Source: Folioceros fuciformis (lineage: Eukaryota). From it: a stretch of DNA of 60,710 nucleotides. The translations under genes and the position numbers were made by a program. The notes below the pieces were generated by a model. That model was not told where the DNA came from. It saw nothing but the letters and a program-made list of their open reading frames with translations, and did not search any database. Where the stretch lies: positions 1-60,710 of the forward strand of contig JBNGIO010006294.1 of assembly GCA_049999805.1 (NCBI GenBank), given 5' to 3'. Below are positions 1 through 11,819 of the stretch, piece after piece. Position 1 is the stretch's first letter, and each line of letters starts with the position of its first letter.

Positions 1-1102
1 TAATTAATCTCGTCTTATTTTACTTATATCTTCTTTTCTTCTTTTTGAGTTTTTTTATTACTTTCTTTCTATTAAGAAAAATATATCTTTTCACTCTACA
101 AGACACCACTCATGCAACAAGTCATACATAATTTATATAAAATAAAAAATATTATTTTCAATCAATAGTAACATGATCCATTTTTGTTCCATCGTCTTTG
201 GTTTCTCCATAAGTTTTCAAAACTTGAAATTTACCTCAAATATGTAGACCACTCAACCAATCTCGCTTAGTGGGCTTAGCAGATATTATGTGTAAGTGAT
301 AATAAAATTATGAACATCATGCATTAAACATTGAAAAGTGTTGTTGGATATTCATGAACTCTATACTATTGTATAGTATATTTATTTTGAGATATTTATT
401 TATTTTTCCAATCATGACATCTTAGGGATTGTGGGTATTACAAGATTGATATTTGGAAAGCTAGTCCTCCTCTTCTCGGCTTTCGGGGCCTGTACGGGTC
501 TTTCCCTTCTCTTGTTTTGGGTATAGGAGATTTCTGGTCTCTTTATAGTAAAATATTCTCTTCTTTTGAGATATAAAAAATATGTAGTACATCTAACAAC
601 AGGACTTAAATCTCAGATTATATTTTGTTTTTTCATGTTTGAGAAGTCTCGATTCTAGAGCCTTATACTAGAATCTTCAGTTCTTTCTACCCATACCTTT
701 TTTGAATTGTACCTTAAATAATTATTAAGATACTCCACAAAATAAACTTAAAAAAAATATAACTCGTACAAAGTTATATTATATTTTAAGTAAACTGTTA
801 TGTGCATTATTGAATGGCCTTCCTGTATAGGTTTCCAGGTTTAGAGCGACAAATAGCCCCCCACTTTACACACGCCACCTCAAAATCGAGGCATCACTTT
901 GCCTGATGTTGAAAGTCGTTGTATTGACCCGGAGTCCAGAGGGTTAGATGGAATGATGCCTGTTAGCCCAGTAACCGTGGTCGAGGAATATTCCAAGGGT
1001 CTACAGAAACGAAGGAATCCTTGGCAGGGTGTGCAACTTTCTGTGAGCTAGTAGTTCAGGCTGACCAGGGATGATGCTACAAAGAAATTTCGAGCAAAGC
1101 TG

Positions 1103-3661
1103 TCAATGCCGGTCGTTACATGAACAGGACCCATCTCGGAATCGATGAACTCGGTGTGCGTCTCTCACGATGATCTCTCGATTCTCAAGGTGTGACATTA
1201 CCTTGGTGCTGCTGTGGCAATCGTTGCACATGCGAAGGCTTTTGGTCACCAGTAGAGGGGTACCATCCGGTGTGTTCAGCAGACCGTATGCCAAGGCTAG
1301 TTTCTCTGCATGCCCACACAGAGCATCCTCCTTCTCCTTCTCAGACATTTCCTTCAAAACCAAGTCTGTTTGTGGTACATGGCCTCCTTCCTCTTTCACC
1401 CTCAAGTTTACACTGCACAGCTTGGAGAAAATGTCGGGGCTTTCTTCCCCTACTGTGAACTCGTGAACCTCGTCTTTCACTTCTATGCATGCCTTGGCAG
1501 GCTTCTTGACAGCGCCTGCTACCTTCCTCCAGGTTTCAATCCTCTCCACATCCTGCCACCTGCCTGCGTTGGCATATATGTTGCCCAGCAGGACGTAAGG
1601 GCTGGCATCACCAGCGTCCAGTTCTACAAGGCGGTCGAAGCATCGCCTTCCACGAGCAACATCGCCATGGCTTTTGCAGGCACTCAGCAAAGCCGTCCAG
1701 CCCACAACGTCGTTCACGAGCGAAGTAGTTTGCAGCATCTGTTCAGCATCATCCAGTTGGCCTGACCGGCCAAGAAGGTCCACCATGCAACTGTAGTGCC
1801 GCTCGGACGGTTCTAACCCGTGATCCTCAACCATCATCCTGAAAAACTGCTGGCCCTCACGCACGAGGCCGGCATGGCTGCATGCCACAAGGAGACAGAT
1901 AAAGGATGTCTCATCTGGCTTAATACCTTGCAGGAGCATCTGTTCGAAGCAGCTGATTGCCATTTCACCCTCATTGTGTTGAGCATACCCGTTGAGCAGG
2001 GCCGTCCATGTCACCAGATCCCTTGTCGGCAACCTGGCGAACACATCGCGGGCCTCCTCCAAGTTTCCACATTTTCCGTACATGTCGACCAGGCAGTTCC
2101 CAATGGCTGCAACACCCTCAAGGCCTTGTTCCCGAATCTGAGAGTGGAGCTCCTTCCCTAGCTGCAAGGCTCCCACACTGGCACAAGCTTGAAGCAGGCA
2201 CACAAATGTTACATGATTGGCTGGAGTGATGCCCTCCTTTCGCATACGGGTGTACATAGCCAACGCATCCCGACAAAACCCCTGCCTTGTGTATCCCGAG
2301 ATCATGGCAGTCCATGTCACCACATCTCTCTTGGGCAATCTGTCAAACACGCTACGAGCATCCTCCAAGCTCCCACACTTGGCATACAAATTCACCAAGC
2401 AGTTACCTAGGACTGTATCCGCTTCCATGCCTCTACTCCGAACCTGCAAGTGAAGCTGCTTCCCCTGCTGCAGCGCACCCACGCTGGCGCATGCTTGAAG
2501 AAGGCACACAAATGTAACCTGATCGGCTGGATGCATCCCCTCCTGTTGCATCCTTTCATACAAAGCCAGGGCTTCTCGCCCCAACCCACGTTGAGCATAT
2601 CCTGCAATCAGAGCAGTCCATGTCACAACGTCTCGTCTGGGCAAACTGTCAAACACTTTCCGAGCATCAGCCACGCTCCCGCATCTAGCATACATAGTCA
2701 CCAAACTGTTGCACACAAACATATCGGCCTGAACAGGACTCGCCTGGAGATCAGCGTGAACCTCTTGGCCCGAATCCAGATCCTCTGCCGAAGCACAGGC
2801 CTTGAGAACTGCTGCAAACACATGGTTATTCGGCTCCACACTCGATTCTCGCATTCGCCGGTAAAGCTCCAGTGCCTGCATGGGCTGCCCGTGCTTGGCA
2901 TGTGCCAGTATGATGGACGACCACATATGGACAGTGGGCGCACTCACTTTGGTGAAGACCTGCATTGCATCCTCCAATTTGCCATACGAGGCATACATCC
3001 CGATCATGTGGGTCGCCAAGAATGCATTTCCCTCGTACCCACATTTGACAACAAAGGCATGAGCTTGCCTTCCACACACAAGATTTCCCTCTGCCATGCA
3101 CCTCTTCAGCACAAGATACAGCACACCCAGAGTCTCACCCGCACCACTTCCTTGCTGCACCAGAAGGTGCAACGCTTCAAGAGCATCACTCAGCTCGGCC
3201 TCTTCACACCGACGCCTCAGAGCCGCAACCATGCATTTCCTCTCTTCACCACCATCTCCTGCACCGAAGACAGGAGGCTCCCTCATCCCAACATCCCACC
3301 TGGCCAGTTGGGGATCCACCCAGGCTGGTTTGTTCGGGCTGTTGAGCCACAGCGCTTCCTTGGAGATCTTGTGCCTGAAGTCGGGATGGCGGGGGCCTTT
3401 CTTCCCCGTCCGAATGTCCCACCACTCGGAGGGGTCCGAGAAGAGGTGCTGCCATAGAACCTCCTGCCTCCCTCTCCGATCAATCCCCGCATCAGTGCAC
3501 GAGCCCACGCAAGACTCGCTCCTTGGCTTCACTGGCTGGATTGGGTTGGCTGACAACATGTTAGGCAGCCATGGCTGGGTGGCCAACGTGCGGGCATCGG
3601 CAAGTGCCGGATCCGGCGGCTGCAGGGCCAACGCCAGCTGCGGCTGGCGTTGCTGCTGCAT
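1103..3661 (-). CDS. PLS-class PPR protein with N-terminal OSB-like PDF motif and C-terminal E1-E2-DYW:KP domain ending in DRH (candidate organellar U-to-C editing factor)
   Basis: Intronless ORF with the first ATG at 3661. It has P/L/S triplets (DVVTWTALIAGY / VTFVCLLQACA / GNCLVDMYGKCG), KKPAKACIEV, ALCGHAEKLA and CNDCH, and ends CSCNDRH. Confidence 0.95.
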   Translation of the reverse strand: MQQQRQPQLALALQPPDPALADARTLATQPWLPNMLSANPIQPVKPRSESCVGSCTDAGIDRRGRQEVLWQHLFSDPSEWWDIRTGKKGPRHPDFRHKISKEALWLNSPNKPAWVDPQLARWDVGMREPPVFGAGDGGEERKCMVAALRRRCEEAELSDALEALHLLVQQGSGAGETLGVLYLVLKRCMAEGNLVCGRQAHAFVVKCGYEGNAFLATHMIGMYASYGKLEDAMQVFTKVSAPTVHMWSSIILAHAKHGQPMQALELYRRMRESSVEPNNHVFAAVLKACASAEDLDSGQEVHADLQASPVQADMFVCNSLVTMYARCGSVADARKVFDSLPRRDVVTWTALIAGYAQRGLGREALALYERMQQEGMHPADQVTFVCLLQACASVGALQQGKQLHLQVRSRGMEADTVLGNCLVNLYAKCGSLEDARSVFDRLPKRDVVTWTAMISGYTRQGFCRDALAMYTRMRKEGITPANHVTFVCLLQACASVGALQLGKELHSQIREQGLEGVAAIGNCLVDMYGKCGNLEEARDVFARLPTRDLVTWTALLNGYAQHNEGEMAISCFEQMLLQGIKPDETSFICLLVACSHAGLVREGQQFFRMMVEDHGLEPSERHYSCMVDLLGRSGQLDDAEQMLQTTSLVNDVVGWTALLSACKSHGDVARGRRCFDRLVELDAGDASPYVLLGNIYANAGRWQDVERIETWRKVAGAVKKPAKACIEVKDEVHEFTVGEESPDIFSKLCSVNLRVKEEGGHVPQTDLVLKEMSEKEKEDALCGHAEKLALAYGLLNTPDGTPLLVTKSLRMCNDCHSSTKVMSHLENREIIVRDAHRVHRFRDGSCSCNDRH

Positions 3662-3841
3662 TGCAATGTGCACTGGCTGGTTCCCGCAAATCCAGGTCTG
3701 ACACGTCTGTCCAGCAACCTGGTCTGATCTTAGAGGCCTGTCGGCCTCAGGAAACGTGCTTGGATCAAACTCTGTAGTGGAAACACTTCGGAACCCGTGA
3801 GTCTAGGAATCGAGATAAGGTCATTCTGGTCTGTCGTGGGC

Positions 3842-6800
3842 ATGGCTTTCTCCTCCGTGTCGTCAGTCTTGACATCTTCGACGCACGTAGCCTGTCAAAT
3901 TCTGGCAGAGTTGCATGCTCCCTGCCTTGCTGTCCCTGCTAGCCTGAGGCAGCCGGCGCAAGGATTTCGTCTGGGCCACAGTGACTTGTTTGGAGATGGT
4001 TGCACTGGGGCCTTCAAATGCAGTCACCAGAGTTCAGGTGGGAGGGCGAGGAACTGGGCCTGCCTGGCAAGACTGCGAGATGACGGGAACACTAAAGGTG
4101 GAGAATATTTCAGGGACGATGCTGCTAGCGAGAGTCTTACCTTCGACAGTTGGTTGGAGAGTACCTCTGTTGCAAAGAGTTCTCTGGTTGAAGACGGTGG
4201 AGGGCCACTCTCAGATGTCACAGACGTAAGGCCTGCCACCGGGCAGGAGGATAAGCAAGAGGATTGGGGATGGTCCGACTCTGGCACTGAGGTGCCAGCA
4301 GAAGCATCCACGTCGGGCAACGGGGCCAGGGACCGTGAGAAGGATGATAACGCAAGGTTTCGGATAAGAAATGGCCGCGAGGTAAGGATGCAGGACTTGC
4401 TATAATTGAGTGGTCTTCTGATTTGCCTCTGCCCCTTGGAGACTGGGTGTGGGGTGCCATCGGCTGTATGAGGTCTGATAAAGCATCACCTCAGTGCAGA
4501 TTTATGAGGAGAAGGCGTATTTGGTTGGAATTGAGCGTAAGGATGGCACCAATTCCGTATTCTCCATAACAGAGTCTCTTGCGGAGCTGGCACAGTTGGC
4601 TGACACTGCTGGGGTTGTTGTAGTTGGCTCCACATACCAGAGGTAGGTGCGGGTGGATGAGGATGTTTCTTGCCGTCTCGAACATGCTTTGTCCTAAAAC
4701 TCCCTCCAGGTTGGAGCATCCGAACCCGAAGACATATATAGGGTCTGGAAAGGTGGCAGATGTCAAGACAGCCATCCGTGCATTTGATGTTGAGACTGTG
4801 ATTTTCGATGACGAGCTATCACCAGGGTCAGTGGCCCAGGATAAGAATCTTTCTTTTGCCACCTGCGAGCTGCTCATGTTGGGGGTTCAGTATAACAGCA
4901 CGAGAATCTTTGTTTGAGATTGAGGAACAGTGTTCATTACAATGCAGACAGTTGAGGAACCTGGAGAAGGAATTTGGGAACGATGTGCGAGTCTGTGACA
5001 GGACGGCATTGATTCTTGATATTTTCAACCAACGAGCAGCCACTCGTGAAGCCTCGCTGCAGGTCCCCTTGCATCCTTGGTCTTGGGTTCTCCTTGGTGC
5101 TGCTCGTCTTCAAGGAATTTTAATGAACAATTGCTTCACAACATTACCTTGACTTCAGGTCGATCTGGCACAATTGGAATACCAACTCCCCAGGTTAACA
5201 AGAATGTGGTCACATCTTGAGAGACAGGCTGGAGGACTTGTGAAGGGTATGGGTGAGAAGCAGATCGAGGTTGATAAACGACTTCTCCGCACAAGGGTAG
5301 GGTGAAATACTTTCTGTATCATGTTTCTTCATTTGAGCGGACATTAAGACAGCGTCTTCATGGCATCTCCTTCGTTCTTAGAGGGTTGCAACTCATCTGT
5401 TTCAATGGTCGTCGTGCAGATAGCAGGTCTTAAGAAGGAGCTGGAATCGGTACGAGAGCATCGGCAGCAGTACCGTGATCGACGAGCATCAGTCCCCATT
5501 CCAGTCCTCTCACTTGTAACTACCGGATGACAGCTTGGCTTATGACATGAATGGGCACGCAGCAGCTTTAACACACGTGTACTGCCTGGCAGGTTGGTTA
5601 CACAAATGCGGGCAAGAGCACACTTTTGAACCGCTTGAGCAATGCAGGTGTGCTGGCTGAGGACCAGCTTTTTGCCACTCTTGACCCAACAACGAGGCGC
5701 GTTGAAGTATGACATTCTCCAATACTTCCTGTCTTTTTGGCAACAGCATAGTTGTCAATGTTTCGGCTTACCTGGGATACTTCAAGACACTGATTTCAAG
5801 ATACTTCCTCTCCAACGTATTCTCGTGTAGTTGCCAAATGGGAAGGAAGTTTTGTTCACAGACACAGTGGGATTTATTCAAAAGCTTCCGACACAGCTTG
5901 TAAGCAAAAGCCACAACCTACTGCCGTGCATGCTACAGGCCCAGAGGTGGAGCCACTTGAATGCTCTCAATGTTTACAATATAACAGACTTACTACACCT
6001 GTCTGCTGTCAGGTTGCCGCCTTCCGCGCCACTTTAGAAGAGATCAGCGATTCATCGTTGATGCTACACGTTGTAGATATCAGGTTGGTTGGTGTATAAT
6101 ATGGATCAATGTATTCTGGGTTCAGTAGCACCTTTTCAGTAACGTGGGTCATACCCTTGCATGGCTCTACTTGGCCGATGCAGCCATCCTATGGCAAAGC
6201 AGCAAATTGAAGCTGTAAGTAATATTCTAAATGAGCTCGACGTCAGTCACATTCCAGTCATATCCGTGTGGAACAAGGTGGGTTCCATCAAACCGGATAA
6301 TGAGCACTCTTGCCCTGCCTTACAAAGGTGATGGATGTCACATGTTATCTGACCTGTTCTTGTTATTCCTAGGTTGACAGGGCTGCCAATCCCAACGCCT
6401 GCAGAGCTGAGGCAGCTCGGAGAGGTAACGTGGTGTGCATATCAGCTCTCACAGGAGAAGGCATGGACGAGTTTTTCCAAATGATCGACAGCAAGATAAA
6501 GGTGACGTTTGATTTGAGCTGTAGCAGGAGCAAATGCGAAAGCGTTTGTGTCAGAGCATCTGAACGTTTGGAAGGTCCATGTACGCAGGATCTCCTGGTC
6601 AGGGTTCAGGCTGTGGTTCCCTACGGACAAGGGGAACTGGTTAACAGCATTCATCGATTAGGCATCGTGGAACAAGAGGTTAGGTTTAGGCATCTCTTGG
6701 TCCCTATTTGCACTACACGTGGACTGCTATGACAAGCTTTCGGTCTTGTGCAGGAATACATAGAGCAGGGAACGCTTGTCACAGCACACGTTCCATTGGC

Positions 6801-6849
6801 ACTCTCTAAACAATTGATGCCATTGCGGCAGCAGACTGTAAAGCTGTAG
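3842..6849 (+). CDS. HflX: Plastid-type HflX GTPase (multi-exon)
   Basis: GT-AG exons give [62 protein letters not shown] (P-loop), [18 protein letters not shown] and WNKVD. Stop TAG at 6847-6849. N-terminus is transit-peptide-like. Confidence 0.93.
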
Positions 6850-7027
6850 GTGATTGTGACAAACAAGTGTGCTCTGCGAGCACACTTGTTTATCACGTTT
6901 TGCACGACTTGAGTCCTTGTTAAGAGAAAGCAGGTTTGCAACAACCAGCAATTCTGATTTTGCGGCATGCGATGTGGAAACTCACCTGTGTCTCCGTGCT
7001 GCTATTAGCTTGTCGAACAACGGAGAG

Positions 7028-7116
7028 CAGCATTTGTTGACAATCAGTGGAGCTATCTCACCAGAGGGTTGACAGCATTTGTTGACTATCAGTGGAGCTA
7101 TCTTACCAGAGGGTTG
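7028..7116. repeat. 45-bp tandem duplication (x2) downstream of HflX
   Basis: cagcatttgttgac(a/t)atcagtggagctatct(c/t)accagagggttga occurs twice. Confidence 0.9.
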
Positions 7117-7560
7117 AGTGTGGAGGTACATGGGAATCCATTGTTGTGTTGTGAACATGGTTCGTTGTGGACGATCTATTGTTGCAAGGCTTGTAGTGAA
7201 TAGTACAACGTTGTACATGACATGTTGCGTAAGGTCAAATTGTGTTACATATTTTGGTATACAGAGATCAGTGCTGCCATGTCTGGGGTGCGACTAGCAC
7301 TGTGGACAATTACGCTTTCTAGTGTTCATTGAATGTACATGTCGATGTTGTGTAGATGACGCTGCAAAATTTCGTCATGCCCCATTCTTGTGATGCACTT
7401 GGGAAAAATTCAAACCTTTTCTCTGCTTCCTCCACATTTTCCTGCCCGCACTATGCTCACCCAATGGACGCAACTTCTGCTCACGGTTACGCTACGGGTT
7501 TGGAAAACATGCTTTACTACACTTCTGCACATACACTCGTTCACCTTGGCGAACGATACC

Positions 7561-9932
7561 CTACTCCATGTCCTTCATCTCCAGAGCGGGAGTCATCGTG
7601 AGTTTTTGATTCACAACGTCCTTCACTCTTTCCCGCAACTTTCGTCTCTGGTCGTGAATCCGCCGCAAGCCAGTCCCCACCACAACTGTGGAGTAAAGAC
7701 AGTGGGTGACCATTGGAGCCAATATATTACCAGTCTGTAAGCAAAAAAGGATATCAGCCATGGCTAAGTGGTGCACTGAAGTGCCTGAAGTGACAACCCC
7801 GTAGTCGGTCCTCTCTCAACGCAAAATACCGTACCTGAATCCATTCCACTCCCAGGTACAGGGCCAACAAAGCCTCCATAAGTGGGGAGTAAATCTTTCG
7901 TAACTGACGCCGCTCATACCAAACTGATACAAACAGACGACTGGTTAAAAAAGAGTTGAACGAAATCAGGCGGCAGATAGGATGGATCGTGCAATTTACA
8001 CACCCTCAACACGCTTCTTCAAGTCTCGTTTGCCTTGATTACTATGAGATATGATGTACTTCGGATCTGCTCAGCACATGTCCACATTTCAGGAACTGAA
8101 GGTTTTCGAAAGCAGGGAAGGACTTCTGAATCAAGGATGACGTCTACTTGAAGCACTACCTTTTGGGGAAGAGATGATATAGTACATGGATCCAATGAGA
8201 GATGAGGTGAGAAATGCTGCAAACCCTTGCGCAAATGGTACAAACAAGGGGATAAAGCCAGTCTGCGACCACAAAGCAGAACACTACAGGCATCAGAAAC
8301 AACTACCACACCGAGAAACCTAACGAAAGCAGAAAACACCGAAAACTTTTACCAGAGCTGCGACGCCTAGCACAGTTTCATCCACTCCTTCACTTCCAGT
8401 GATTTTCAGAGCGTGTGTGAGGCCGCCCTGGAGAAACACATCAAGGCAAATCAAGATCGTGCCGAATGACGAACAGCCGAGCCAAGACATGACAACTGGG
8501 AGAAACGAAATATGGACGACGTAGGTAAACCGACCAGGTACGAACCTGAATTGCCACCCGGAAGAACATCTCCTCTGAGAGTGCTCCCGTGGCAACCACG
8601 AAAGCAAACTGGTAGACGAGCCATGTCAGACGATCAGGCAGAAGGCCTACATGACTAGCCAAAGTGCAAAGATGCGCAAACATTTGAGAACCAAAAACAC
8701 CCGCAATAATCACATCATTACCTGCCAAGGGGACATCCCAGCGAAGAAATCCATAATCTCATTATCTTCGACATCTCGTATAGCTCTTGCGGCAGGCCAA
8801 TGTTTTACTACTTCGTCCTGCCACAGTTCGGACAAGTGAGAAGCCAGTTCGCGCAAGATCCAAGAGACTTTTAAATCAAACCAGATGGAGTCAAACATCA
8901 TACAAACCAAGTCCGTCACTCACCTCGAGGATGAAGAGTATGGCAGCCATCGGAGGAACGGCGTACCCAACCCCCTTCATTGCCATTTCGATGTCCAACT
9001 CAAAGCCACCCCAGCAATCGATTCCAATGACGTTGCACAGGATGTTGCCGGCCAGGGCCAGGCCACCATACATTACTAAAAGGCACAACAAAACACAAGT
9101 TACGCCACGCCCTGCTCGACTTGCACGAACGACAGCTACTAACCCTGTCGACGGCAGTCTCTTCCACACGACAAGCACCACCAGACAGCAGGTCGCAGCA
9201 CCCAAAGCTCACCGGCGGCATAGACCACTCTGAACGCCATGTTAATTTGTTCCCAGCTCGGATCGGCCTCATCGACGAGAGCAACCATGGGCTGGACTCT
9301 CCATTCCGCACCCTGCACGGTTCCACCGCCCACCTCAAAATCATCAGAAGTCTGACAACAACCCACCAATACCTCATTCCTTCCAACAGGCCATCGACGT
9401 GGGTCGCAATTCCCACAAAACTCACGTCCAATGCCCGCATGTCGCCCACGTCCCGCATATCCTGACCGCCTTTAGCTGTCATTTTCTCTTCTACCCGATC
9501 CGACCCCCTCCCCCTCAGGGCCCNNNNNNNNNNNNNNNNNNNNNNNNNNNNNNNNNNNNNNNNNNNNNNNNNNNNNNNNNNNNNNNNNNNNNNNNNNNNN
9601 NNNNNNNNNNNNNNNNNNNNNNNAGGCTCCCCGCCACTCTGCCTCCGCCCTTCCAGACACGCCACGGATTCCAGCCTCCCGGACACGGAGGCCATAGAAA
9701 GGGACTGAACGGCCCCGGACCAGCTCTTCCCCTTACTCCTGGGACTGCGCCAGCAGCTGGCCAGCCCCCCGAGATCCCTGGAGCAGCCAGAGGAAGAAGC
9801 CGCAAAGCACCTGTCGTGGATGCCGCCATTACTGCCTTGCTCAAAAGTTTTTTCGTCGAATGTGTGCTTGAAGCAGGAGCTGGGAGTGGCCACCAATGCT
9901 TCCCCCGCCACCACCACCCTACACAATGCCAT
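7561..9932 (-). CDS. SCO4: CAAX amino-terminal protease / CPBP-family membrane protein, SCO4-like (multi-exon; exon 1 interrupted by an assembly gap)
   Basis: Exons give MYGGLALAG...GYAVPPMAAILFILE, DEVVKHWPAARAIRDVED...FFAGMSPWQ, ALSEEMFFRVAIQ and TGNILAPMVTH. The start codon and the frame across the gap are uncertain. Confidence 0.75.
9524..9623. other. Assembly gap (100 N)
   Basis: Run of 100 N. Confidence 1.
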
Positions 9933-11663
9933 ATTCAGCTGGCCCGCAGACGGACCTTCACTCCTCCAATGCACCTAGTACCGGGTACTCTGACACCCGC
10001 CCAACATGCTTGTCTCCACTCCCCAGGCTTTCCTCCTGTCCCCAAATCCCACCTCTTACGAGCAGCATGCACTCCCTCACCCACGCTCCCAGTACAGTCC
10101 ACAACAAGACAAACACGCACCAGCTCCTCTGCGAGACCTGAATCTGGCGGCTCAGAGACGCCGGCTACTACTACTCTAATAACACTGATGCTGCAGCTGC
10201 TGCTGCTGCTACTGACGAGCTAAACGCTAAGAGAGCCCTGCGGAAAGGCAGCACGGCTGCAGGGATCTAGCGCAGTTTGTACCATCACCCCCTCCAGCTC
10301 CTCCAATAGCAGAGCTGGGAGGGCCGTAGTGTCAACCTGGTAACAAACGGGTCAGTCACACACGTTACCGAATAGTTAAGTGGTCCCATTAAGGGCCACG
10401 CGGCGGTGGATTTGGTTCGGGGCGGTGGAAATCGTCGATCGAAGAGGAGAGCAGCTTTATTTAAATCCTTTCCAAAGCGAGGTTGGGAGCATGTCCTATG
10501 TCGGGCGAGGCAGGCGCCGTGTTACCGAGGCGGACGCCCGCCACGTCCAGATAAGGAGCAGGCCAATGGGCGAGCCAGGCGAACGCCGGAAATCTTGACA
10601 GCCAATGGCTGGCTTTGGCCAGTTATCTGGTGCCAGCTTCCGTGTGTGTCGAGGCAAGGCAGGGTAGCGAAAGGCGAGGAAGGCGGGGCCGCGGCAGCGA
10701 CTGCGGGCCCTGCCGGACAGATAATTTGGCCTAGACAAAGATTTCGGTTTCGACAGCGTGTGAATTAGGGCATTCGCAGACGGATAGACTTGGCCTCACT
10801 TTTGGGCTTCCCCTGTTGATGTTGCGCCTGTCCTTGTCGTTCTTGTACTGCGAGTAGATAAGTACGCATCCACAACCTTGGGATGGGGGTGCACACGAGG
10901 AACGACTCCCAGGGCACCAGGGACGCTGCAGTGACTACTGTTAAACTGTTTCCTTGTCCTGTAGGGGCCCAGGCTTGCTTGCAGAGCATGTCTCTTCGAT
11001 GCCCTTCCAGAAAAGCTGAAACACGACAACGCATATCTCGTGGTCTTTGTTTTCGGACGTGTTCTTGGGTCACTAACATCCACAAGGCCGATGCGTCGGA
11101 ATTTACATTTTGGTGAGTTCGTACGCGTACGCCGGGCGGTATTCCTCTTTTCACTTCCCTGCAGGCCGGCGACGAGGGAGTGAGCTGTAGCACAGATCTA
11201 ATCGGCTGGAACCTTTGGATGCGACGCCTTGCCTTTCCGACGGGTGGGGCTGAGTTCTGGTTCACGTTAAGGGAATGTCTAGCTGGAGGCTTGTACTGGG
11301 TGACACTGTCAAACCTTTACTTTGATTTGCGTTGCTTTGCTGATGAGCACTGAGACGGTGAGGAGGGTAAGTGGTGGGCATCCAAATGCACACGGGCGTG
11401 GGCTGAGTGTGCTTGACAGAGGAGGATTACCGCAAACTCAAAGTTACCTAGTTACCTCGGTTCCGCACATCTTGTGATGGTTTAAGGGGTTCATGTCACT
11501 TTTGTCAGCTCATGGTGGATGTAGCGAGAAACCAAACCGTAGGGCAGTGGATGATGATTTGTACCGACCGCAGGTTCCACCCGGGTGAGCTACAAAGCCT
11601 CCTCGAGCATGGATACAGGCACATCTCCGTCCAGAAATGGGAGGACCATGTTGTCCAGCATCA

Positions 11664-11819
11664 CTCTTGGTAGTACTCGTTCCTACTCTTCCTGTCTGTC
11701 CTGCTGCCCCGTCTTGGACTTCTAACTCCTGCCTCTTCGTCTCTTGGTAGTACTATTTCCTACTCTTCCTGTCTGTCCTGCTGCCCCGTCTAGGACTTCT
11801 ATACTCCTGCCTCTTCGTC
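11664..11819. repeat. ~77-bp tandem duplication (x2)
   Basis: ctcttggtagtact...cctactcttcctgtctgtcctgctgccccgtc...actcctgcctcttcgtc starts at both 11664 and 11741. Confidence 0.9.

Noticed and set aside
1-800. AT-rich start of the window as a solo LTR or TE
   Set aside because: No terminal repeats, TSD or coding remnant that I could support.
2450-3457. 335-aa plus-strand ORF, and similar long antisense ORFs at 41760-42668, 46887-48023 and 47221-48243
   Set aside because: Shadow ORFs opposite GC-rich PPR/LRR coding sequence, with no recognisable domains.
9000-10223. Long ORFs running through the N gap
   Set aside because: Length and frame are artefacts of the 100-N gap; the region is exon 1 and upstream sequence of the CAAX protease gene.
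10765-11300. Possible small spliced gene (GTGAG...CTGCAG intron-like signals, upstream CCAAT boxes)
   Set aside because: I could not assemble a recognisable coding product.
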